From Glaucostegus cemiculus (Eukaryota): a DNA stretch of 64,000 nt. The DNA is taken from assembly GCA_976551045.1 (NCBI GenBank), contig CDPCPM010000418.1, forward strand, positions 3,410,001-3,474,000, read 5' to 3'. Of this stretch, positions 53,895-64,000 are shown in pieces. The notes beneath the pieces are model-generated. The model saw only the letters and a program-made list of their open reading frames with translations. It had not been told where the DNA came from and did no database searches. A program made the position numbers and the translations under genes. Position 1 is the first letter of the stretch. Every line of letters begins with the position of its first letter.

Positions 53895-54022
53895 GTGTGG
53901 GGAACGATGTTTATTTATTGTTGTAACCTATAGTATTTTATGTGTTTTATGACTTGCACTGTACTGCTGCCACAAAACAACAAATTTCATGACATATGTC
54001 AGTGATAATTAACCTGATTCTG
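53895..54022 (+). mobile_element. Rex1-type 3' tail
   Basis: ttgcactgtactgctgccacaaaacaacaaatttcatgacatatgtcagtgataattaacctgattctga. Confidence 0.55.
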
Positions 54023-54029
54023 AAGTTCC

Positions 54030-55340
54030 ACAACCAGCAATGTGATAAATTGTCGTTATTTTTTTTTTAATGTCGGTGCAGGTATAAATGCTGTCATGGA
54101 TATTGGAGAGAAATTCCATGCTTTCCTTCCAAATAGTGCCATGTGGTTTTTATGTCCATCTGGAAGACGGGGCATTGGTTTACATCTCGTCGGAGATTCG
54201 GCACCTCCAACAGTGCAATTCTTCCTTAGAAGTATTTATTCAACAGTGCTGCTTCCCTCAATGCAGCCCCTCCAACAACCAAGTATCTCCTCAGTACAAG
54301 CACTCTAACAGCGCAATGGTCCATCGATAGTCATGAAGTCATACAGCTCAGAAAAAGGCCATTTGGCCCACCCAGTCCATGCCGACCATCAAATATCCCT
54401 CTATACTAATCGCATTTACCAGCACTTATTTCAAGCCTTCTATGCTTTGTAGGCCTTCTATGCTTTGTCAATTCAAATGCTCATCCAGATACTTCTTAAA
54501 TGTTGGGAGAGTCTCTGCCTCCAACACATCTCTCAGGCAATGTATTCCAAATTCCAACCATCCTCTGCTTGAAGAAAAATCTTTCTTCTATCCTCTCTAT
54601 TACTCCTTACCTTAAACTGATGCCCTCTAGTTACATATATCTTTGCTATGGGGAAAAGTTTACGACTATCTACTCTATCTATACCTCCTATAAGTTTGTA
54701 CCCCTCTATCAGATTTCCTCTAAGCCATCTCTGCTTCAAGGAAAACAAACTCAGTCTATCCAGTGTCTGCTCATAACTGAGAGGCTCCATCCCAGCAGGG
54801 AACCTATTAGCAAATCTCTCCTGCACCCTCTCCTTTCTATACCATGGTGACCAAAACTGCACACAATATCCCAGATATGGCCTCACCAATGTTTTATAAA
54901 GCTGTATCATAACTTCTCTGCTATTAAATTCAATGCACCAACTAATGAAAACTAGCATCCCATGTACCTTCTATCTACCTGTGTTGCTACAGCCAGTGAT
55001 CCTTGGACATACCCCAAGTACTACTTCTCTGACTGCTCCCTCAGCCTCTCTAACAGTGAAGCACTCCATCAGTACTGCCCATCCAACAGGGAACCCTCAG
55101 CAAAACATCCTCAACAGTGCAGCAATCCGTCAGTACCGCTCCTGACATTGCAGGCTTTCCTCAGCACAATGCCTCCAATACTGTGCTCCATTAGTACTTC
55201 CACTCCAGCAGTGAAGCTCTCTCTCTCTCTGCACTACATTGCGAAAAACATAGTGGCATTTTAATATTTCCTCCCTAACAGTATACCCTACCCTCAGTCA
55301 CTAGAAGTGTCAGACTAGAATATAAACTTAAGTCTCTATA
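54030..55340 (-). mobile_element. Deu-domain SINE with an internal ~31-bp tandem expansion, split by a CR1 insertion
   Basis: Reverse Deu core at 54030-54240; repeated ccaacagtgcagcactccctcagtac-like units at 54205-54320 and 55010-55250; head resumes near 55280. Confidence 0.55.
54328..55010 (-). mobile_element. CR1-clade (HER1-type) LINE 3' end
   Basis: LYKTLVRPYLGYCVQFWSP...LRGNLIEGYK...TRGHQFKV. Confidence 0.9.
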
Positions 55341-57229
55341 GTTCAGCTCTTTTAGGAATTGATGAGAAAAAAATATTATCTTAGCAGAAGAGGATCCAAG
55401 CCACCTTTATTGCATGCCCAGAAAATTTCTTCACAATTGCTGTAACTGATATAGTGAAGATAATGTGAGGCCAAGGAAGCTGACTGCACTGCTAATAAAA
55501 GGAATTTGAGTTGGAGTTACTTTTACCAAGAACTTTGGGATCATAAAGGAGAAAACTATAATCAGTTTTTTTTTAATCAAGGAAACTCGGCCAACACTCA
55601 CCACTTTTTTTTGTGCACAGAATGGATCATCTGCCTTTTCAGGGCCCCAGTATTTTCTATTATCAATGGAATCACATTTGGCACTAGACAGGAGGTCAGA
55701 GGTTAGAGGTCAACCCTGGAGATGAAAGCCAGACCTCGCTTTTGAAATCAGAAGGAAAATGACAGAGCAGACATACTTGTGTACTCAGACACACACACAT
55801 CCACACACATACAATATTCAAAGAGGAAACACACAGCCCCACACAGAGCACACACTAGACTGATAAACTGACAAATATACACACCAAATACAGATACAGC
55901 AGACATACACACAGTAGACAAACACACACACACACACACCAGATAGATAGATAGACATACAAATGCATACACACATCAGTTAGACAGACACACATCAATA
56001 CTCACCTGACAGATAGACTCTCACACAATCACTAAATAGACAGATGGATAAACCCACCACACATACACACAAACCCCAGATATGCAGATCATATTTGCAT
56101 TAGATAAAAAGGCAGACACGCAGATAGCATATACACAGAGTGACAGAGACACAGATATATAGGCATATATATAGACAAGAATAGACAGACTGGTCCAAAT
56201 ACAGACATGCACATAGACAAATAACCACCTGAAACATACCAAATAAAGAGACACACCACACAGACACACCACACAGACACACACATATGTGCACAGGCAG
56301 GCAAACATGCACACAAACAAATGCATTGAGTAGATGAACTTAACCAAACTCTGCACCACTCCCCCCCCCCCCCCCACCCTCCCCACAGACCAGATAAATG
56401 GATCAACAGATACACTGAATTGGTCTGAAAGACACACTCCAAATATCCTGACAAACAAGGACAGACAAAAGGCATACTGTAACCAAGAAGAGGTGGACAG
56501 ATACACACACAAGCACAACCAGATAGACATATGCATGTCTGGTACAAGCAGGCACACAGATATTCACGCACACAGATAACAGACACACACCTGCCTAGCA
56601 CACATGCTAGATAGACAGTGAGATGCAAATACACACCAGACAAACTAGTATATAAACACATGGCACACACACAAACACACACACCAAATAGCATACAGAC
56701 AGATAGGCATAAAAACATATACACAGCAGAGAGACAAACACAGGCTCACAAACCAGATGTTCAGACAGACACACTTACAGATCCTTCAGCAGACAGACGT
56801 GCTTACAAACCAGGTAGACAAAGTCACACCACCAGATTGCCAGACAGACACACAGAGACATTGCCACAGAACATGCCAGATAGAAAGACATACAGGTATT
56901 TGCACAAACATAAACAGACAGTCATAGACCCAAGCCTGTGCATATCCACACACACACCAGGTGGATAGTTAGACAGTCAGATATAAAAATACACACAGAC
57001 ATATATACACCAGATAGTCAGAAAGACACACAACAAACCAAATAGACAGATGCACACGTCAAATGGAAAGGCACACAAACATGCACTTATAGGCACATCA
57101 AACTGAAGAACCGAAGCACACAGACACATACACACACGACAAACATAAACACAACAATCAAATAAACAGACAAGCACATAGGCACGTGGACACTCACACA
57201 ACAGAGAGACAAAAAGTCAGATGCAAACA

Positions 57230-58165
57230 TACATCTTGGGCAGTGGGCAATCCCTTGAAATTGAGGGTGAATTACTTGCACTGTGGTTTTGCAGGTTCTG
57301 AAATGGTTATTGAGACCAGTGTGGCAAGCACGAACTCTTTCACAGGTGGGGTATATGGCTGGATAGTTTGTGAGATGGTCAGCTCCTTCTGCTGATTATG
57401 CAGGGTGTCTCTGTGCTCCTGATACATGGCCTTAAGGTTCACAATAATGGGTGCTCCTTCTCTACTCCCAGCAGTCATGGTCCAGGGATTTCCGGGAACC
57501 AGTGGAGATACTGCATTTCTTCAAGGAGGCTTTGAGCACATCCTTGAACCTTTTCCTCTGCCACCTGGTGATCAATTCTGAACTCAGAGAAGAGTATCTG
57601 TGAACAATATGGCCTGCTCAATGTAGCCAACTGAGTATAATCTCAGTTCTGGGGCTGTTGGCCTGGAAGAGGATGTTGATTCACTTGTCCTTTAATTTTG
57701 CAGAGGCAGTGTTGGTGGTATTTTTCTAGTGCTTTAAGATGCCTGAGATAGTCCAGATCTCAGAAGTTTGCAGGAGGGTGGGGATCACTGCTGCCCTGTA
57801 CATCATGAGTTTTGTACTAGGTTTTCAAACACCTTTTTCTTCAAACAACCAAAATCTTTGCTTGCACATTAAATTCAGTGGCTCCCAAGATACAAGAACT
57901 GGCCCATGGTTTCCAGAGTCTTGCCATGAACTTTTATTGTCAGAGGGAAGTTGGTACAGCTGGGACAGAATGGCAGAGGACCTTCATCTTGTGGGTGTTG
58001 AATGTAAGGTTCTTCCTCTCATATGTTTTAGTAAGAGCATCAACAATGGCATGAAGCTCAGCCACTGTTATAGCTTGACAACTGAGGGTTGGGTAGTCTT
58101 GGTTCTAGGCTGGCAATGCCATAGATTGAACAGTTTCCCATGGGATATTTGGTGGAAGTGAGATG
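57230..58165 (-). mobile_element. RTE-clade LINE 3' portion
   Basis: Reverse homologue of the RTE end at 1200-1282; LEKYHQHCLCKI on the minus strand near 57700. Confidence 0.65.
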
Positions 58166-58181
58166 CACTCACACACGTGCG

Positions 58182-58216
<35 letters not shown>

Positions 58217-58469
58217 CAGGCAAACATTCAGAAAGGCAAAAACACACACGTACACCCAAACAGACAGAGAGATGCACACACCAGATAAACTCTCAAAAAT
58301 ACAGGCATAGCAGATAAGCTGACAGTCACACAAGGCAGACAGAACAGATGGACGAGAGGCACGCACCCACCCACCAGATAGACAGACAACTGTGCATGAA
58401 TGTGCACAGACACATGCACATGCACAGACACACGCACAGACACACACACACAAGATACTGGATGCACTA

Positions 58470-59445
58470 AGAAAGACACAAGCAAAAGATGCCAAATATG
58501 CAGATCAGGCAGCATCTGTCAATAGAGAAATAAAGCTGGAGATCATAGGAAAGAGGGGAAACAGGTTAATTGCAGAGAGGATGGGGGAGAGAGGGATAGA
58601 ACAAAGGTAATACCTATGATAGGGTGAGGCCAAGGTTTATGTGGGTATAAGTTGCAGAGGTCATTCAGTTAATGGGGCTATTTGAAGAGAGGGGAAGTGA
58701 ACAAGTACTATAAAATGAGAATAGTTGGAGAGTGAGAATGCAAAGGAATGCAAAGGTTGGAAAATGTAGGGCTGTATGACATGCCTCACTAATAACACCA
58801 GGCTCATGGAGAGAGGATAATCTTGCCAATATTTCTTACTGTCTTTACAGCAGAAATGGCCAGTTCTGATCAAGACAGAGAAGGTAAGTTACCTTAAGTT
58901 GTAGAATTCACATTTGGGTCTGGAAGGCACAATGTGTCCAGACAAAAGTTGAGGTGCTATTCTTCAAGCATTGGACTCATTGTAGCAGTGCAGGACCACA
59001 GAGAGGCAGGTTGGAGTGGGAGTGGGTTTGAGAATTAGTGACAGGCAACAGGGAGCTGACAGTCGATGCTGAATGCAGGTGCAAAGCAGACACCAATCTG
59101 TATATGGCTTCTCCAATGTGGAGAAGACCACATTGTGACCACTGAATGGAATAACCTGGGCTGGAAGAAGTGCAAGTGAATCACTGCTTCATTTAGAAGA
59201 ATTGTTTGGGTCCCTGGATAGTGGGAAGGGAAGAGGTGTAAGGACCTGGAGCTTCTGTGGTTGAAAGGGAGTGGTTTCTGGGGATGGAAGAGTGAACCAG
59301 GGAGTTGTAAAAGCAACAATCCCTTTGAAACATTGAAAGGGGAGAGGAAGATGTCTGCTGTTGGAATCTTCTGTAGCTGTCAGAAATTGTGAAGAATGAC
59401 TTCTTAAATGCTAAGTCTGGTGGATGGAAAGTGAGCACCAGCTGG
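58470..59445 (-). mobile_element. Penelope-like element, degenerate GIY-YIG region and terminus
   Basis: Minus strand IQGPKQFF, LPVACH and LEE*HLNFCLDTL (compare Penelope LEEQHLIFRLGTL); terminal cagatcaggcagcatctg. Confidence 0.7.
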
Positions 59446-60790
59446 TTGATCAGACAGGAATTTTGACATATTTACACCAAATAGGAAAACATTCAGATAG
59501 CCCAAGTATGTATACACACACGTGCATAAACACACACATGCCCATGCATGCACACACACGCATAAACATGCATGTGTACACACACACTTGTGCATAAACA
59601 CACACATGCCCATGCATGTGCGTGCACACACACACAGAGTTAGACAGGAAAATGCATACTCCAGATTGACAGACAAGCAGACACAAACAGAAACACACAC
59701 ACCAGACAAACAGGCAAGCAAACACAAACACATGCCACACAGATATATACATAAATGCACACAGCACAAACAGACAGAAAGACAAACTAGACAAATAAAT
59801 GTACATAAACACTAGGTGGATGGACACACACACCATTCAGACACAGACTGACTGAGGGACCAGACGGACTGGCAAAGACAGTCACATAAACACACACACT
59901 CGGAGAACAGACCGATGGACATGCACACACCCAATTCTCTCTCTCTCTCTCACACACACACACACCAGCTAGATAGAGATACTCAGACACACATGCACAC
60001 AAAAGCAGGGAAGATAAAAAGAACAGCAAGTTAAAAGTTAATGCAACTACCAACACTATGTGAACTTCAAAGGGGAAAAATCCTTTAAACAAATTCAGAA
60101 TGGATGAAAACTCATGTAGGATGAAAAACAACCCTATAAAAATAGCACAGTCAGGAAGAAAGCTAATTTATACAGTGAGAAGTGACTCCCTCTGATCAGG
60201 CACATCACTGCCAAGCTCCTTGTCTCATTGAACATGCATGGAAATGTGCAGTGATAGCAAGTTGTACAAACGTTTTGAAACAGTCTGTTTGTAGTTAAAA
60301 TATTTATCAAGAAATAAAACCCCCAATACTTATGTCCTTGTCCTTTATTTTGTAGAAATATAAAACTGCAAAGCTAAGAGGAAAAAAGTAGGAGAATGGG
60401 GCTCATTGGATTGTTGTACCAAAGACCTAGAAGATGCATGATGATCCTGTACTGAATGAACTGGTGATCTGTTAAATGTTCCTCCAGCTTCAGCAGCTGT
60501 AGCTGTAACTACACAGATTCAGAAAATTACAAGTTCTACCAAGCATTTATTGATCCCGCCCAAGGTGATACAATTGGTCTCAGTTCATTAGTTGATGTGG
60601 AGGGAGAGGGCAGGGGAGATCAGTTCTGATCCTCACTGAAAGGCTGCACACTTGAGTTTCTATCAAGCAAAGAGACAGACAAGCTGGGTTGTGATTTATA
60701 TCATGGTTAAATTGCCTGAAGACACTCATTGTTTTGTTATAACAGCTTGCATTTGTGTAGCACATTTAATGTAGTTTTGTAGCGACTCAC

Positions 60791-60813
60791 AATATCGGGA
60801 TCTGAAACGCCAT
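60791..60813 (-). other. Candidate first coding exon MAFQIPI..., possibly the start of the CIROZ-like gene
   Basis: ATG GCG TTT CAG ATC CCG ATA TT|GTGAGT; splicing to the ttttttcctcttag acceptor near 60374 gives the hydrophobic MAFQIPIFFAVLYFY, followed by an early stop. Confidence 0.35.
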
Positions 60814-60889
60814 CGACCGTCGCGGGGAAACGCGCGAGTTCCCACAATAGCGCCGGAAGGCAGGACTTCCGGCGGGAGTATGACGTCAC

Positions 60890-60935
60890 TTCTGCCGGCC
60901 ATGTTTTTTGTAGTTCGGGATATGCGCGGCTTTTG
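60890..60935 (+). other. Candidate first exon of a plus-strand gene (unidentified; TARDBP by human gene order)
   Basis: TTG|GTGAGT donor just downstream of the ETS/CRE cluster; no coding exon recognised before the window ends. Confidence 0.45.
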
Positions 60936-61559
60936 GTGAGTTATTAAAAACGTGCTCGATCGAGTCTCCGTGTCCTTGTGTTCTTTTAAGTCGCACCCTG
61001 CTGGCTGCTACAGTTTCTTATATTACTGCATTTCTGAAATCCTTTGTGACATCCTGAGGCCAAGGAAGGCCCTAAATAAACAAGTGCTCCTTTATTAATT
61101 CCATTCTTCCGTGAAATGTTGCAAGATACTTCACAGGAGCTTTGTCAAAAAATATCTAAACCATGTAAGAAGGTATTCGAACAGGCAACCAAATGCTTGG
61201 TTTTTAAGGAGGTAAAGGTGGAAACATTCAGGGAGGAAATTCCAAGGCCTAAGGCCTTGGTAGTTGAAGGCAAGGTTGCCAGTGACAGATAAAGCAATCA
61301 GATGAAGAGTGTGGGTCCAAACATGCAGAGATCCCAGAAGGGTTTAGACCTGGGGAGGGGTGGGGGGGGATTGTGTGAGAGGTGGGGGGGGGGGGTGGAG
61401 TTGGTAGAATACAAAGACAGAGAAAGATTTTATCCTTGGAATGATTTAACAGAGGGCTGTAGACACTCAGACATAAAGTAGATACAAGACTAAGACTGGA
61501 AAACTTATGCAGAAATTTTAAAATAGAGCTATTATGAGGCCTATAGTAATGTGCTGTGA

Positions 61560-62610
61560 ATAAAGGAGAACTGGTGGATGCAGTATATTTAGATAAGGTG
61601 CCATCTCTTAGGTTATTGTGGAGAAAGATAGCTCATGGTTTATAAGACAACATATTGGCTTGGAAAGAAGATTGGCTGGATAACAGGAAACAAGTAGAAG
61701 GCATAAATAGGTCTTTTTCTGGTTGGCAAGATGAAATGAGCACTATGATATAGGAAGTCAACTTATCACTATTTATAAAAATAACTTGGATGAAGCCACC
61801 AAAATATGTCCATGACTCTAGGATAGGTAGTAAGGTAAGTTGCGAAGAGGATAGAAGGAAGCTGCAAAAGGATATAGATAGGTTAAGTGAATGGGAAAAG
61901 ATCTGGCAAATGAAGTATAATGTGGGAAAGTGTGGAATTATTCATCTAGGTGAGAAAAATTAGTATCTAGATGGTGAGGGATAGCACAGCACTGAGGGTT
62001 CTTGAGTTTTAGAACATGAATTGCAAAAGAGTAGTTTGCAGGTACAAGAAGTAAATAAAAAGGATAAGATAAAGATTTTTTTAAATCACGAGGGGAACTG
62101 AAATGGTTATGCCTCAGTTTTATAGATCACTCAAGAGACCACATCCGGAGTACTGGTCTTTAGATTTAAGAAAGGATGTTAACACATTGGAAGATATTCA
62201 GAGAAAGTTTACTGGACTGACAGCTAGAATGGATGGATTGACTTATGAGGAAAGGTTGGAGAGGCTAGGTCTGTGTCTAATAGAGTTTAGAAGATTGAGA
62301 GGTGACAATTAAAATATTTAATCTTGAGGCATCCTGACAGGGAGGATGTGAAGAGAGTGTTTCCTCTTGTGAGAGATTCTCAGATGGTCTTGACCCTTTG
62401 GAACCCTCTACTTCAAACAGCAATCAAAGCAGAGCCTCTGAATATTTGTGAGGCAAATGTAGGAAGACTTTTGATGAGCAAGTGGGTGAAAGGTTACCGT
62501 GGATAGATGGAAATGTAATGTCAAGGTTACAGTCAGATCAGCAGTGATCTTACTGAATGGGAGAGCAGATTCAAGGGGCGGAGTAGACTACTCCAGTCCT
62601 AATTCAAATA
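61560..62610 (+). mobile_element. CR1-clade LINE RT and 3' end
   Basis: LQKDIDRLSEW..IWQMKYNVGKC and LEDIQRKFT..ERLERLGL..FRRLRGD. Confidence 0.85.
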
Positions 62611-64000
62611 TCCCGATGTTTGTACGTGAAAGAGCACAAGGATGATGGCTGAACGAGACTTACTACCTCCCTAAGCAAACTTCATGATAAAATCCAGGCT
62701 TGTGGATGGATTAGTAGCAGCTATTTAACTGGCACTGCAGCACTAACAAAACAACAATATCCATGCTTTCAACAAACTTAGCTTTTGAAACGGTGGGATA
62801 TTCCCAAGATTCCTCAGAAAGAGACAGCTCCTTCAGAGAACAGGAAAAAAAACATAAATCAAATTATCGGAAACTGTGATGGGTTTTGATACCAAAAGTC
62901 GTGGCTCAATTGTGTAAAATAACACACTTCTGCAGAGTGCTTTGTCTGTGTCGGGGTGTATACTCTGCATGGCAGTGATGTATACGCACTTTAAATACAT
63001 GTTAAGGTCAGAGATAAACACAGGCCACAGCCTGTGATGAGCTGGACCCATCGATTACATGAAAAATGACCAGGTTGCTAAGCTCAGCAAACAAAGCATC
63101 TGTCATTGTAGAATCGCCTCACCTAAGTCACACTCACTGATCAGTGGATCCATCACGACAGCACACAGTTTAACTGTTCAGCTGCCTAGTTATGAAGCAA
63201 ACATGAAAGAAATTGGCAGGGTCGATGCTGTTTCCCCAGACTATACAGTCTGGTACTTAGGATAAAGTGACAGCCATTTAGGAAGAAAATAAGGGGAAAT
63301 ATCTTTGCACAGAGGTTGTAACATAACCTTTGTGGGTAATGTTGAAAAATGTTGTTGATTTATCTGATTAAATTGATTTTTAGGAACTTTCCATTCCATA
63401 CCTTGTATTTCCTAAATCCTAATTAGTGAGGAAGAAACAGGAGAGCAGGGAAACAGAGGAAAGGCAGTGCAGGAAGTAGAGTGAATTCAGGTACAGAAAG
63501 AGAAATAAAGTTACAGAGGGAAAAAATGGGTTAGAGAAAGAGACACAGCAAATTGAGAAAGCCAAAATATTAATTAAAATGTAATCTTTTTAATATCTCC
63601 CAAATCAGTTCTCAATCTGAAGGAATGAAACTACACCCTTGAAATGTATAAGACTGTTGCTGCACAGACAAATATCATGTTAACAAGGCAACAACAAATT
63701 TTGAGCATACTTCTGGGAGAATTAGCCCTAGTGATTAATATCTTGCATTCCTTTTTTGTTGCAAGATGGTCCTATACCACAGTGTTATTTTTCTGGTGTT
63801 CAGCTCATCCAAAAAACATTAACAATAATACAATGCCCCAGATTCACCTCTGGCAAGATTTTCAACCATTTTGGTGAATCATAACTCAATACTGTACACT
63901 CTCAGAAGAACCAGCTTTCAATGTTGCTGGTTCATCCTGAACAATACTTAAAGGTTCATACTCGTCTAGAACACAGAACAGTACAGCAGAGACCCTTTGG

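Larger units (their letters stand above)
55780..60000. repeat. Degenerate (CA)n/(CAGA)n field split by RTE and Penelope insertions
   Basis: CA/CAGA-rich blocks at 55780-57200, 58170-58450 and 59510-60000; source of the C/V- and H/T-rich ORFs. Confidence 0.85.
60785..60941. promoter_or_regulatory. CpG-rich candidate bidirectional promoter
   Basis: Densest CpG cluster in the window; inverted ETS sites (60853-60859, 60865-60872), CRE tgacgtca (60881-60888), ZNF143-like ttcccacaat, YY1-like gccatgtt; GTGAGT donors pointing outward on both strands (60790 minus, 60936 plus). Confidence 0.8.

Noticed and set aside
55748-59836. Many long Cys/Val- or His/Thr-rich ORFs
   Set aside because: Translation artefacts of CA/TG simple repeats.
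60140-60340. Frameshifted ISIGGLF...FLPD resembling a class C GPCR N-terminus
   Set aside because: The intervening residues do not match, and there are no downstream receptor exons.
1-64000. CRISPR arrays, operons or other prokaryotic systems
   Set aside because: Vertebrate intronic/intergenic DNA; no regularly spaced identical repeats with unique spacers and no prokaryote-like ORFs.

Overview
AT-rich vertebrate DNA, most likely from a cartilaginous fish (shark or ray), judged from its repeats: HE1-type V-SINEs, Deu-domain SINEs, HER1-type CR1 LINEs, and Rex1, RTE, L2, Penelope and Gypsy remnants. I found no intact protein-coding gene; almost all listed ORFs are retroelement fragments, simple-repeat artefacts or chance. 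Three gene-related structures are visible. (1) The 5' end of a minus-strand gene: promoter/first exon near 37.7-38.1 kb and a non-coding exon at 5139-5307, inferred to be CASZ1. (2) A heavily decayed multi-exon minus-strand gene (about 45.7-53.1 kb, possibly starting at 60.8 kb). Its broken frames carry collinear motifs resembling the ZP-N domains of human C1orf127/CIROZ, making it a candidate unitary pseudogene of a ciliated left-right organizer gene. (3) A compact CpG-rich, apparently bidirectional promoter at about 60.8-60.95 kb. The CIROZ and CASZ1 identities rest on my recollection of the human protein and gene order and need database confirmation. Repeat boundaries are approximate (tens of bp).
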